A stretch of 64,000 nucleotides of DNA. It comes from an uncultured Gemmatimonadales bacterium (GTDB lineage: Bacteria > Gemmatimonadota > Gemmatimonadetes > Gemmatimonadales > GWC2-71-9). Position numbers and translations under genes: made by a program. Below are positions 1-9,863 of the stretch, piece by piece. The stretch spans positions 960,001 through 1,024,000 of the forward strand of contig CAVYSW010000003.1 of the NCBI GenBank assembly GCA_963771275.1, read 5' to 3'. A model generated the notes under the pieces. It ran no database searches, had not been told where the DNA came from, and saw only the letters and a list, made by a program, of their open reading frames with translations. Position 1 is the stretch's first letter. Every line of letters starts with the position of its first letter.

Positions 1-1887
1 CACGCCGGACGGCCGGCCGTAGTAGAACGGCCCGCCGCGCACGTACAGCAGATTGCCCTTCACCGCATTGAGTCCGCTGTAGTCGTCGGCCGCCACGGGC
101 ACCGCCTGGACACGCCCGGCGAGCCCGTCGAAGTCGATCGTCACCGCCGCGGGGCCTTTCTTGGGGGCGTCCCCCGGCTTGGCGGGCGCCGATGGCGTGG
201 CTGCCGTGGTGTCGATCTTCACCTCGTCGCTCCGCGGCGGGAACGGCGGCGGCACGTCTTTCCGCAACGCCAGCGCGAAGATGCCGGTGGTGCGATCGGT
301 CGCGAAATCCCATTCCGCCGAGCTGATCTGCGGGGCGTACTCCCGGTCGCTCAGGAAGAACAGGTACTTCCCCTCCGGGTCGAACACCGGCTCCTGCGCG
401 TTGAACAGCTCGTCGGTGATGCGGCGCGGCGCGGCGTCACCGACGCCCCAGAGGTAGAGCGCGCGGTACCCGGCGGCGCGGCTCAGGCTGAACGCGAGCC
501 ACCGGCCGTCGGACGACCAGCTCTGGTCGCCCAACTGGCCGCTCGAGTCGCGCGCCACCTGGGTGAGCTGCTTGCCGGCCAGCTCCAGCACCCAGAGCCG
601 CCCCGCCTTGTCCGCCAACGCGAGCCGCTTGCCGTCCGGCGACCACACGGGCGGGTAGCGCATCATGTCGCCGCCGGTGGTGAGCCGCTCGGGAGCCCCG
701 CTCCCGTCCTGATCGATCAGGTAGAGCTCCTCCTCGCCCGACATGTCGGAGATGAACGCGATCTTGCGGCCGTCGGGCGACCAGCGTGCCGCCTTGTCGT
801 GCGCTGTCGAGCTGTGCGTGACGTTGCGCGTCGGGCCGTGCTCGACGGGCGCGGTGAACACGTCGCCGCGCGCCACGAACAGCGCGCGCGCCCCGTCGGG
901 GCTCAGCGCATAATCCTCCACGAAGCGCGCCACCGAGCGATGACTCGGCCGCGCGGCCAGCCCGTCGTCCGGCACGACGATATCGAGCTTCCGGTCCGTT
1001 CTGGCGCCGGTGTCGAACACGTGCAGCTCACCATCCATCTCGTACGCGATGTGTCCGGCCTCGTCCGCACTCGGCCAGCGCACGTCCCACGTCGTGCTGG
1101 TGGTGAGCTGCGCCAGATCGCTGCCGTCGGGCTTCACCGAGTACAGGTTGAGCGTACCACTCCGGTCCGACGCGAAGTAGATCCGGTCGCCGATCCACAT
1201 CGGATCGCGGTCGGTGCGCGGGTTGTTGGTGATGTTGCGCGCGTCGTGGCTCGCCAGGTCGAACACCCACAGGTCTTCGGCCCAGCCGCCCTCATAACGC
1301 TTCCACGCGCGAAAGTCGCGGAACAGCGGGGAATAGACCGCCCGCCTGCCGTCCGGCGAGAGATCTCCCGCGCCGGATTGGGGCATCGGCAGCGCCGTGG
1401 GCAGCCCGCCCTCCACCGGAACCGTGTAGAGCCGGTTGTCGCCCAGCTCCCACCCGTCACGCAGCGAGCGGAACACCACCGCCTTGCCGTCGGGCGTCCA
1501 GCCGTACACCTGGTTGTCGTAGCCCCAGCGCGGCGGCAGCGGCCCGCGGGCAGGATAGAACGTGAGCTGCCGCGGGACGCCGCCCCCGGCCGGAATCACG
1601 TAGACCTGCTCGTCGCCATCGTACTGGCCGGTGAACGCGATCGACTTGCCGTCGGGCGCGTACTTGGCGAACAGCTCGAGCCCGGGATGAGCCGTGAGCC
1701 GCGTAGCCGTGCCGCCGGCGGCCGGCGCGGTCCACAGGTCGCCCGCGTAGGTGAACACGACCTGCGAGCCGTGAATGTCGGGGAACCGCAGCAGCTTGGT
1801 CTGCGCGGCGCCGGGCAGCGTGGCCACGACGGCGAGCATCGCCGCCTCGCGTAGCGATCGAGTCATCAGTCTGCGGAACGGGTGCAT
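1..1887 (-). CDS. Tricorn protease-like S41 peptidase, N-terminal part (runs off the window start)
   Basis: Manual minus-strand translation from ATG 1887 (GGAG RBS) gives a signal peptide, then [23 protein letters not shown]...[14 protein letters not shown]...WTPDG, i.e. PD40 beta-propeller repeats and 'WKRYEGG'. Absent from the ORF track because no stop lies in the window. Confidence 0.9.
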   Translation of the reverse strand, partial: MHPFRRLMTRSLREAAMLAVVATLPGAAQTKLLRFPDIHGSQVVFTYAGDLWTAPAAGGTATRLTAHPGLELFAKYAPDGKSIAFTGQYDGDEQVYVIPAGGGVPRQLTFYPARGPLPPRWGYDNQVYGWTPDGKAVVFRSLRDGWELGDNRLYTVPVEGGLPTALPMPQSGAGDLSPDGRRAVYSPLFRDFRAWKRYEGGWAEDLWVFDLASHDARNITNNPRTDRDPMWIGDRIYFASDRSGTLNLYSVKPDGSDLAQLTTSTTWDVRWPSADEAGHIAYEMDGELHVFDTGARTDRKLDIVVPDDGLAARPSHRSVARFVEDYALSPDGARALFVARGDVFTAPVEHGPTRNVTHSSTAHDKAARWSPDGRKIAFISDMSGEEELYLIDQDGSGAPERLTTGGDMMRYPPVWSPDGKRLALADKAGRLWVLELAGKQLTQVARDSSGQLGDQSWSSDGRWLAFSLSRAAGYRALYLWGVGDAAPRRITDELFNAQEPVFDPEGKYLFFLSDREYAPQISSAEWDFATDRTTGIFALALRKDVPPPFPPRSDEVKIDTTAATPSAPAKPGDAPKKGPAAVTIDFDGLAGRVQAVPVAADDYSGLNAVKGNLLYVRGGPFYYGRPSGV

Positions 1888-2030
1888 GTGGGTCTCCTGG
1901 AGTGCGGCGATCGCGCGTCCGTCGACGAGGTGGCCGGTCCTTCCGACCACCGTGGCGACCGGAGTTGGTAATCTCGCGGCGTGTGTGTGTGTGGGCTAGT
2001 ACATCAGCTCACAACTACGGTTACGTATTG

Positions 2031-2142
2031 CACCGCAGAGGTCGCCGAGCACGCGGAGTGAGGGAACTGCTGCGCACCATGCGCCGACCCCAGCAACCGA
2101 CGATCACGGGCTTGCTCTGCGGTCTCTGCGGACTCCGCGGTG
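2031..2142. repeat. Inverted array of 9-bp units (REP-like palindromic element)
   Basis: CACCGCAGAG-GTCGCCGAG-CACGCGGAG (2031-2058) faces CTCTGCGGT-CTCTGCGGA-CTCCGCGGTG (2115-2142). Confidence 0.7.
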
Positions 2143-2307
2143 AGACGCGTCATCGAACGTATGACCAAGGGTACCAGCTAGCCCCGCGGCCGGCGTCTTC
2201 CCGATCGAACCGTTCGGAATTTCTCTTGCCGTTTGTGGTGCGGGGGTAATGTTAGTCCCGGTCTTCGCAAGCAGTGGAGCGGAACTCTGACGCCGAGGTT
2301 TGCCACC

Positions 2308-2994
2308 ATGACGGAGAAAGCGTGGCAGCGCACATTCATCTGGGGAACCGCGGTGTTCCTGGTGCTGCTCGTGGGGATGACCGCCGACTCGCTTCGCAAG
2401 GTCAGCGCGGGCCGCACACCGCCCGTGACCGACCAGGTCGCCCACGGCAAGTACGTCTTCCAGCGCAAGAACTGCAACGATTGCCATACGATCCTGGGCA
2501 TCGGCGGGTACTTCGCGCCTGACCTCACCAAGGAGGCCGACCGCCGCGACGCCGTGTGGCTGGCGAGCTACCTCACCGACCCTCAGGGAGTGAAGCCGGG
2601 CACCACGATGCCCAACCAGGGCGTGAGCCCGGCCGACGCCGCCGACCTCGTCGCGTTCCTCGGCTGGGTACGGCACATCGACACGAACGGGTGGCCGCCG
2701 CAGCCGCTCACGATGCTCGCCACCGCCCCCGGCCGGCCCAAGGCGCCGGGCGTGTACGAGGCGAAGGGGTGCAGCGCCTGCCACATGATCGACGGCCAGG
2801 GCGCGGCGGGTCCCGGGCCGGACCTCTCGCACCTCGGCAGCACCCCGTATGACGACTTGCCCAACACGGCCGAGTACCTCTCCCGGTGGCTGGCCGATCC
2901 CCCGGCCGTGAAGCCGGGCACGCTGATGCCGAAGCTGCCCCTCAGCCAGGCGGAGCTGGACAGCCTCGTGCAGTACTTCGTGGCGCTGAAGTGA
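2308..2994 (+). CDS. norC: Nitric oxide reductase cytochrome c subunit, di-heme variant
   Basis: N-terminal TM helix, GKYVFQRKNCNDCHTILGIGGYFAPDLT (NorC-like), and a second CSACH domain; directly upstream of norB. Confidence 0.8.
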   Translation: MTEKAWQRTFIWGTAVFLVLLVGMTADSLRKVSAGRTPPVTDQVAHGKYVFQRKNCNDCHTILGIGGYFAPDLTKEADRRDAVWLASYLTDPQGVKPGTTMPNQGVSPADAADLVAFLGWVRHIDTNGWPPQPLTMLATAPGRPKAPGVYEAKGCSACHMIDGQGAAGPGPDLSHLGSTPYDDLPNTAEYLSRWLADPPAVKPGTLMPKLPLSQAELDSLVQYFVALK

Positions 2995-3007
2995 GGAGAA
3001 TCGATCC

Positions 3008-4372
3008 ATGACACCACATGCGAGCGTCACCCACCGATCGCAGCTCGTCGCCTATCCGTTCTTCCTCGCGGCCGCGATCCTGTTCCTGCTCCAGGTTGTC
3101 TTTGGTCTCATCATCGCCGCGCAGTTCGTGTGGCCCACGTTTCTCATGGACGCGCTGCCGTTCAACTTCGGTCGCGCCACCCATCTCAACCTCCTGGTCT
3201 TCTGGCTGCTCCTCGGCCTGATGGGCGCGTCCTACTACCTGGTGGCCGACGAGACCGATTCCGAGATCTTCTCCGTGCCGCTGGCATGGGCCAACCTCGT
3301 CGTGCTGCTTCTCGCCGGCGTCGGCACGCTGGCGACCTACTGGTTCGGCCACATCGCCAGAGGGAAGCCCTTCACCGAAGCGCCGATGCCGTTCCCGCTC
3401 CTGATCGCGCTCGGGGTCGTGCTCTTCCTCGTCAATATCTTCGTCACGCTGTTCCGCGCGAAGCGCTGGAATGCCATCACGTTCACGCTGGCCTTCGGCA
3501 TGGTGGGGCTGACGCTGCTCTACCTCTTCAACCTCCCGTTCTACCGCAACCTCACGGTGGACTACTACTGGTGGTGGTGGATCATCCACCTGTGGGTCGA
3601 GGGGACGTGGGAGATCATCGCGGCGGCGATCATGGCTTACCTCCTGGTGAAGCTCACCGGCGCGGATCGGACCAGGCTGGCGAAGTGGCTGTACGCCGAG
3701 GTCGCGCTCGTGCTCTTCACCGGGATCGTCGGGATCGGCCATCACTACTACTGGATCGGCACCCCGCGCTACTGGCTGTTGTGGGGCGCGGTGTTCAGCG
3801 CGCTGGAGCCCATCCCGCTCGTGCTGATGGTCTGGGACACGTTCTCGACCATGAAGCAGCGCCACCTCCAGCCCGCCAATCATGTCACGTGGTATTGGCT
3901 CGGCGGCTCCGCGGTCGGGCACCTGGTCGGCGCGGGGGTGTGGGGCTTTGCGATGACCCTGCCGCAGATCAACAAGTGGACGCACGGCACGCAGGTCACC
4001 GCGTCGCACGGCCATTTCGCCTTCTTCGGCGCCTTCGGGATGCTCGTGCTCGCGGCGATGTACTTCATGGTCCCGCGGCTCCGCGGGATGGAGCGCCTGG
4101 CGCGCCGGCGCTCGATGTGGGCGTTCTGGCTGATGTCCATCGGGATGCTGGGAATGGTGATCGCCTTCACCGTCGCGGGCGTGGTCCAGACCTATCTGAC
4201 GCGGCTCATCGGGATGGACTTCATGACGGTGCGGACGCAGTACGTGAGCTTCTGGCTCCTGGTGGTCTGGGCGTTCGGGCTCGTCGTGTTCTTGCCCGGT
4301 GCGGTGGCCTTCGTGTGGGACTTCCTGGCGGGGAAGCCGGCGGACGAGGGCGCCGCGCCGGTGGCTCTGTAG
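3008..4372 (+). CDS. norB: Cytochrome c-dependent nitric oxide reductase large subunit (heme-copper oxidase superfamily)
   Basis: 454-aa polytopic membrane protein with HLWVEGTWE, GIGHHYYW, SALEPIP and SHGHFAFFG motifs. Confidence 0.92.
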   Translation: MTPHASVTHRSQLVAYPFFLAAAILFLLQVVFGLIIAAQFVWPTFLMDALPFNFGRATHLNLLVFWLLLGLMGASYYLVADETDSEIFSVPLAWANLVVLLLAGVGTLATYWFGHIARGKPFTEAPMPFPLLIALGVVLFLVNIFVTLFRAKRWNAITFTLAFGMVGLTLLYLFNLPFYRNLTVDYYWWWWIIHLWVEGTWEIIAAAIMAYLLVKLTGADRTRLAKWLYAEVALVLFTGIVGIGHHYYWIGTPRYWLLWGAVFSALEPIPLVLMVWDTFSTMKQRHLQPANHVTWYWLGGSAVGHLVGAGVWGFAMTLPQINKWTHGTQVTASHGHFAFFGAFGMLVLAAMYFMVPRLRGMERLARRRSMWAFWLMSIGMLGMVIAFTVAGVVQTYLTRLIGMDFMTVRTQYVSFWLLVVWAFGLVVFLPGAVAFVWDFLAGKPADEGAAPVAL

Positions 4373-4495
4373 CGGCCTCCGCCCACCACCCGCGATCGAG
4401 CCGTGCTTGAGGGACGCGGGGGTCGCGGAGGATTCCGTCACGGCGCGCGGCGAATCGGTGGGGTGCGGCGCGGGCGAGTCGCCGAGTGTAGCTGC

Positions 4496-5334
4496 ATGGG
4501 AACGCTGTTGGCGGACGTGCGGCGGGCCTTGCGGGTACGTCATTGCGCCGCGCGCACCGAGGGGGTCTACGTCGGGTGGGTCGGGCGGCTGGTGCGGTTC
4601 CATGGGATGCGGCACCCGCGGGACCTGGGGCCGGAGGAGCTGGCCCGTTTTCTCTCCGATCTCGCGGTGCGCGGCGGCGTCAGCGCGTCCACGCAGAACC
4701 AGGCGCGCAGCGCGATCGTGTTTCTCTATCACGAGGTGCAGGGCCAGCCGCTTGCTCCGCTCGACGGGCTGGTGCGCGCCAGGCGACCGCCGCGGCTCCC
4801 GGTGGTCCTGACCCGCGCGGAGGTACAGGGAGTCCTGGGACATCTGGACGGCACGCCTCGGCTGGTGGCCGGCATGCTGTACGGCGGCGGGCTCCGCCTC
4901 GAGGCGCTGCGGTTGCGGGTCAAGGACCTCGAGGTCTCGTACGGCCCGCTGGTCGTCCGCGGGGGCATGTGCCGCTCCCGACGGCACTGCACCGGAAGTA
5001 CCCGCGGGCGGGGCGGGAATGGGTGTGGCAGTGGGTGTTCCCCGCCACCCGAGCCTACCGCGACCGGGTCACGCACGCGCGGCACCGCCATCACCTCCAT
5101 CCCACCGTCGTTCAGCGGGCGTTTCGCGCGGCGGTGCGAGAGGCCGGGTTGGCGAAGCGGGCGACGTGCCACAGTCTGCGTCACTCGTTCGCCACGCACC
5201 TCCTCGACGCGGGCCACGACATTCGGACCGTGCGGGAGCTGCTCGGCCACCGCGACGTGCGGACCACCATGATCTACACCCACGTCCTCAATCGGCCCGG
5301 ACTCGGCGTGCGGAGCCCGCTTGAGTCGTTTTGA
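4496..5334 (+). pseudogene. intI: Integron integrase with an internal deletion and frameshift near 4960
   Basis: First frame: STQNQA, RLPVVLT, LYGGGLR. Second frame: the integron-specific [24 protein letters not shown], then [15 protein letters not shown] and [11 protein letters not shown]. The segment carrying the catalytic Lys (KGxKDR) is missing. Confidence 0.9.
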
Positions 5335-5360
5335 GGGCCGGAAACCCTTTTTCAGCAACC

Positions 5361-5387
5361 TGCTAACCGGCGCTTGAAGCTGGCCGG
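5361..5387 (+). other. Probable left arm of an attC site, interrupted by the IS
   Basis: GCTAAC-CGGCGC-TTGAAGCTGGC resembles attC R''/L'' boxes; no matching right arm seen. Confidence 0.5.
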
Positions 5388-5594
5388 GAAACCTCCCTCA
5401 CGTTTGTAGACACTTCCATCTAACAAGCTTGGAGGTGTCTGTGCCCCGAGCGGGTCCGAAGAAGGTTCAGGAATACAGTGCGGAGTTTAAACTGGCGGCG
5501 GTGCGCCTCAGTCGGCAGCGCGGGGTGCAGGTGCAAGCGGTTGCGGCCGCGCTCGACATTCACCCGTTCATGTTCTCGCGGTGGCGGAAGGAAG
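5387..5594 (+). mobile_element. IS3-family remnant (left end plus truncated OrfA)
   Basis: GAAACCTCCCTCACGTTTGTAGACACTT terminal-like sequence, GGAGG RBS, and GTG 5441 giving PRAGPKKVQEYSAEFKLAAVRLS...VAAALDIHPFMFSRWRKE (HTH_Tnp_1-like); no OrfB. Confidence 0.75.
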
Positions 5595-5986
5595 TGAAGG
5601 GCTTTCTCGTAGGTCTAGCTGGTGGGAAGCATGTTCAGCAGAATGCCTCTCTCGCTGGCGGGTGTTTGGAGCTCGTTCGGTATCCACGGTCAACACCAGG
5701 CAAGAAGACTTTCTTCATCATGGTAACCTCCGACGAGGATTCTGGGGGCTGGGTAGTGCCGGAACTCGAACGGAACATTCGCTTGTGCATCGATGACAAG
5801 TCGCGCAAGATAGCGGCTGTGAGATCTCGCTATCCTGAATGGTGGCTGGTCCTGCTTGACCACATTGCATTTGGTCTCGACGATTTTGACTGGGCCCAAT
5901 TCTGTGCGAGTGTGTCGATAGCTCACGACTGGAATAGGGTAGTTCCTGTAAATCCTGTGTTGCCACACCACTACCGCGAGCTCTGA
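5595..5986 (+). pseudogene. 3' part of a low-GC hypothetical, cassette-like gene fused in frame to the IS OrfA
   Basis: Clear drop in GC; reads ...DSGGWVVPELERNIRLCIDDKSRK...YPEWWLVLLDHI...; followed by an attC-like half site. Confidence 0.55.
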
Positions 5987-5996
5987 CTCTGCGGCT

Positions 5997-6024
5997 GGCT
6001 AACGAGGCCGTGAACTTGTCAAAG
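5997..6024 (+). other. Second attC-like left arm (truncated)
   Basis: GGCTAAC-GAGGCC-GTGAACTTGTCAAAG lies about 10 nt after the stop of the cassette-like ORF. Confidence 0.5.
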
Positions 6025-6080
6025 AGCCATGTGGACTCGATCTTCCATACGGCCTCAATCGCCTTCGGCACATCCTTCAT
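6025..6080 (-). pseudogene. N-terminal fragment of an ECF-type sigma factor
   Basis: MKDVPKAIEAVWKIEST resembles the 'AIEAVWRIES' start of the ECF sigma factors often found after SRPBCC/DHFR-family genes; truncated. Confidence 0.45.
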
Positions 6081-6132
6081 GCCTGCGAGATTGCGGCGTT
6101 CCGGTATTCACTAACGATGTCGCGTTGTCGAA

Positions 6133-6715
6133 CTATCCGCCCTTCAATGGCCCGGCAACCTTGTACGCACTGAGGATGACGCCGGACGGCATGGCGTTCG
6201 TGCTGACGAGCTCGAATGAGCGTGCCGGGGTTCCTTCCGCAAAGAACCGCTTCCCCGTGCCCAACAGGACCGGAGAGACGATCAGCAGGACTTCATCCGC
6301 AAGGCCATGTTCGAGCAGCGTCGATGTCAGCGTGGAGCTACCCGAGAGGATAAGGTGCGGGCCGTCCTGCGACTTGATGCGGCGAATGCCCTCGACGATG
6401 TCCGGTCCAAGCGCCCTCGAACGGGCCCCATTCAAGACTTTGCGGTCGGTGGGTAGCGACATATTTCGTTGCCGCATTGAGGCCGTCCGCCATCGGACTG
6501 CTCGGCGCCTTTGGCCAGAAGCCCGACCAGATATCGTAGGTGCGACGGCCAAGCAGCAGATCGAAGCGCTCGCCATACGCGGCCATGACTGCGTCCCGGC
6601 CAGCCGGGGTTCGATAGGGAGCGGTCCAGTCGCTGTAGGGGAAATCGTCGTCATCGGCGGAATGCTGGATCACGCCGTCCAGCGAGATGTGTTCGATGAT
6701 TTTGAGCTTTCTCAT
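6133..6715 (-). pseudogene. Dihydrofolate reductase-like (RibD_C) protein with a +1 frameshift near 6412 (possibly a sequence error)
   Basis: MRKLKIIEHISLDGVIQ...LLLGRRTYDIW in one frame; LGPDIVEGIRRIK...GSSTL...DEVLLIVSPVLLGTGKRFF in the next. Confidence 0.8.
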
Positions 6716-7536
6716 TTGCTCTTGCTCGGCTCCGTGGGCATCGGGAAGCGTTCCTGGAACCACGCTTGCCACAGCGGCGTTTCGCGGGCGACGGTTCCGG
6801 CCGCCTGATCGCCGTACAGATACAAGTTCATCGCCACCATGCCCTGGCCACCGGGATAGGTGACGGCGCCAAGGGCGGCTACGCCTGGCCCCGGCTTGTC
6901 GAGCCTCAGCAGGGCGTCGTACGGATTCTCGGTGAGATACTCCACCACGCCGCTGAGCGGTGAGACACCAGCGGGAGTCGTCCAACGCTGCCCGACGCTC
7001 AAGCCTTTCACTCCCAATGCCGCGGTCAGCGCTTCCCATGACTCGGCGTCCGGACCCGCGACGGGAGCCGTGACCTGCATGATCGCGGAGCGTTGTCCGC
7101 GGAAGTGCGTGAGATAGATCCGCAGGATGGCCAAGAAACCCGACCATCCGGAGTTGGCGCCTTCCAGCTGGTTGTCCCACTCGTCCGTGCTGGCGAAAAG
7201 GCTATGGACAATGCGGACGAGGCACACACCACCCGCGCGCGCTTCAACGCTCCACTCGGTTGCGATGGGCGGCGAGCCACCGTAGACCTCACCCTCCCCG
7301 GCAAACATCCGCGGCGGATCCCAGGCCGTCACGGCACCACGGATCTCCGTGTCCGGGCCGAACTTGAACTTCATTGCGACGGGCTTCCCGTCGCGCTCCT
7401 CGATCTCAGCCGGCACGAACCAGGACGAAATACCCGGCCCGGTGGCGATGGCCTGCCAGACTTCCTCCGGCGTGCCGGGGACTTCGAATTCGACCTGCAC
7501 CGAACGGCGACCGTTGGCTTCTTGCTTCACGCTCAT
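6712..7536 (-). CDS. SRPBCC (Aha1-like) domain protein
   Basis: EVPGTPEEVWQAIATGPGISSWF...VTAWDPPR; overlaps both neighbours by 4 nt. Confidence 0.85.
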   Translation of the reverse strand: MSVKQEANGRRSVQVEFEVPGTPEEVWQAIATGPGISSWFVPAEIEERDGKPVAMKFKFGPDTEIRGAVTAWDPPRMFAGEGEVYGGSPPIATEWSVEARAGGVCLVRIVHSLFASTDEWDNQLEGANSGWSGFLAILRIYLTHFRGQRSAIMQVTAPVAGPDAESWEALTAALGVKGLSVGQRWTTPAGVSPLSGVVEYLTENPYDALLRLDKPGPGVAALGAVTYPGGQGMVAMNLYLYGDQAAGTVARETPLWQAWFQERFPMPTEPSKSK

Positions 7537-8135
7537 GACGGCTCCTTGGGCTGGGATTTCTGCGGTAAGGGGTGCGCCACGACCACCAGGCGATGCGCGC
7601 GGCCGCCGGGGGCGGATTCATCGTGGTATTTTGAAACCAGTTTGGTGATGGCCTCGGTGAGTTCGTGGCTGAAAGCCGCCCGGTCCGTCGGCGACCGGAA
7701 GCGAACCTCGGTATCCACCGCCAGGGTCGCCAGGCGTTTGCCCGACTCGTTCGCACGACGAACGAGATCGCCCACCTCGCGGACAACCCGTGCGCCCAAG
7801 GCGATGAGATAGCTCGCGGACAGCCGATCGACTTCCCGATTCGGATCGACGGCGACCGGGCCCAAGGCGCTCGGCGAAACGACGTAGGAAGCGGCCGTCG
7901 CGACGAGCAGCCGTTCCGTCAGCCCGCCCCACTTGCGTTCCTGGGCCAGCCGCACCAGCCCGTGCGCCTCCAGCGCGTGCAGATGGTAGTTGACCTTCTG
8001 CCGAGCCAGGCCGACCCGCATGGCCAACGTCGCCGCCGAGGCGGGCGCGGCCAGCTCGGAGAGGAGTCGACTCCGCATGGGCCCCAAGGCCACCGTCGCC
8101 GCCGCCGGATCATCGATGACTTGGATGTCGAGCAT
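7533..8135 (-). CDS. ArsR-family HTH transcriptional regulator
   Basis: RSRLLSELAAPASAATLA...RQKVNYHLHALEAHGLV winged-HTH pattern. Confidence 0.85.
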   Translation of the reverse strand: MLDIQVIDDPAAATVALGPMRSRLLSELAAPASAATLAMRVGLARQKVNYHLHALEAHGLVRLAQERKWGGLTERLLVATAASYVVSPSALGPVAVDPNREVDRLSASYLIALGARVVREVGDLVRRANESGKRLATLAVDTEVRFRSPTDRAAFSHELTEAITKLVSKYHDESAPGGRAHRLVVVAHPLPQKSQPKEPS

Positions 8136-8150
8136 GAGGAGATGGTATCA

Positions 8151-8170
8151 TTGACAACTTTTATTGTCAA
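8151..8170. promoter_or_regulatory. Palindromic operator/promoter of the ArsR-SRPBCC-DHFR operon
   Basis: Perfect inverted repeat TTGACAA-CTTTTA-TTGTCAA, 15 nt upstream of the ArsR start. Confidence 0.7.
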
Positions 8171-8203
8171 GCATGATCCAAGGCTTGAGCAGGCGGCGGC
8201 GAT

Positions 8204-8655
8204 ATGAGACTCCAGGTACTAGCCTTCGGTCTTGGCCTGGTCCCGCTCCAGCTCTCTGCTCAGGAGCGGCTCCCGATCATCGACATGCATCTCCACGCAT
8301 TTGCAGCCGATGCGCAGGGGCCGCCGCCGCTTGCCATGGGTACGCCCATCGACCCCTTTCCCGCATGGGACCCGGCGCAGCCTTACGCGGCTACCTTCTT
8401 GGCGATGTTCAAGAAGCCGCCTTGCGCTGACCCCGTGTGGTCACCGATGACGGATCGGGAACTGATGCAGCAGACCCTCGAAGTGATGGAGCGGCTGAAC
8501 ATCATCGCCGTGGTTAGCGGATCGTCTGAGCGGTGGCGACCTGGCGGGCGGCGGCGCCGCATCGTCTGATTCCCGCGCTCGAGCTGCGGATGGACGAGGC
8601 GACGCCGGCTCCGGATGCGCTTCGAGATCTTCACAGGCGCGGCGACCTTGCGATG
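8204..8655 (+). pseudogene. Secreted amidohydrolase-family protein, 5' fragment (frameshift near 8533, then truncated)
   Basis: Signal peptide and PIIDMHLHA metal motif; continues out of frame as ATWRAAAPHRLIPALEL...LHRRGDLAM and then stops matching. Confidence 0.65.
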
Positions 8656-8936
8656 TCGTGCGTGAAGCAACGGCCCGCCGTTCCCTGGTGATCGGGGCGG
8701 TCGTCTACGACCGACGCGCCATCGAGCAGTTGCAGAAGGCCGGGCAGCGGCTGTCGCTTCGGGTGGTGGGGCTCCTCGTGATCAGCGAGGACGTACCGCC
8801 TGGGCTGGCGCGGGAGACGATCGAGTCGATCACCGTGCACGGGGTGTTCAAAGCCAGCGACGCGGTCAAGAAGGCGCTGGCCGATCGCATGACCAGTTAG
8901 CAATTGTGGCTCGACCGACTCTGAGAGGCGCGATCC

Positions 8937-9860
8937 ATGGACATTCTCCACGCCATTGGCAACACCTCGATGGTTCGACTCCGCAAGGTGACTCCTCCCG
9001 GTTGGGCCCACGTATTCGTGAAGCTCGAGTGGGAAAACCCCAGCGGTAGCCTCAAGGACCGGATGGCGCAGGCCGTGATTGCGCGCGCGGAGGAGGACGG
9101 TCGCCTGAAGCCCGGGGACACCGTCGTCGAGTACACCGGTGGGAGCACGGGGACATCGCTGGCTCTGGTCTGCGCCGCCAAGGGCTACCGCCTCCGGATC
9201 GTCAGCTCCGATGCGTTCAGCCAGGAGAAACGGGATCACATGGCGGCGCTGGGTGCGGAGCTGACACTCGTCCCAAGCGAGGGAGGTCGCACCACCAAGC
9301 AGCTGATCTTGGCCATGATCGAGGCCGCCCGTCAGCTGAGCCAGGCGCCCCGCACCTACTGGACCGACCAGCTCAACAACCATGACAGCATCGCCGGCTA
9401 TCAGTCGCTGGGCGAAGAGATCTGGCGGCAAACGCAGGGAGAGATCGACGCGTTCGTCCACTGCGTCGGCACGGCGGCTTCCCTGCGTGGAGTCGCGACC
9501 GTGCTGAAGCGCTACAAGCCGAGTGTCGCGATCGTCGCCGTCGAACCCGCGGAATCCTCGGTGTTGCTGGGAGGCCAGGCGGGGCCTCACAAGATCGAGG
9601 GAGTGGGGATTGGCTACACGCCTCCGCTCTGGGACCCGACCCTCGTAGACGAGATCCTGCCGGTCAGCACCGACGCCGCCAAGGACATGGCGAGGCGCCT
9701 GGCACGGGAGGAGGCGCTGTTCGCAGGGACATCCTCCGGCGCGAACGCCGTCGCCGCGCTGCGCGTCGCGCAGCGGCTGGGGCCGGACGCCAAGGTCGTC
9801 ACGCTGATGGCCGACTCCGGCCTCAAGTACATGAGCACCGACGTGTACGGGAGCAGGTAG
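8937..9860 (+). CDS. PLP-dependent cysteine synthase family protein
   Basis: KLEWENPSGSLKDR, EYTGGSTG, VGTAASLRG, HKIEGVG, GTSSGAN. Confidence 0.9.
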   Translation: MDILHAIGNTSMVRLRKVTPPGWAHVFVKLEWENPSGSLKDRMAQAVIARAEEDGRLKPGDTVVEYTGGSTGTSLALVCAAKGYRLRIVSSDAFSQEKRDHMAALGAELTLVPSEGGRTTKQLILAMIEAARQLSQAPRTYWTDQLNNHDSIAGYQSLGEEIWRQTQGEIDAFVHCVGTAASLRGVATVLKRYKPSVAIVAVEPAESSVLLGGQAGPHKIEGVGIGYTPPLWDPTLVDEILPVSTDAAKDMARRLAREEALFAGTSSGANAVAALRVAQRLGPDAKVVTLMADSGLKYMSTDVYGSR

Positions 9861-9863
9861 GAC

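Noticed and set aside
1981..1993. (GT)n dinucleotide run
   Set aside because: Only about 6 units and intergenic; too short to argue for phase variation.
2150..2307. FNR/DNR box upstream of norC
   Set aside because: No TTGAT-N4-ATCAA-like palindrome found by eye.
3008..4372. qNOR or cbb3 oxidase assignment
   Set aside because: At 454 aa it lacks the qNOR N-terminal extension; it has the NOR-type HLWVEGxxE motif and an adjacent NorC.
4465..4495. GCGGGCGAGTCGCC upstream of intI as an attC right arm or attI
   Set aside because: No downstream GTTRRRY core or complementary arm; the match is too short in GC-rich DNA.
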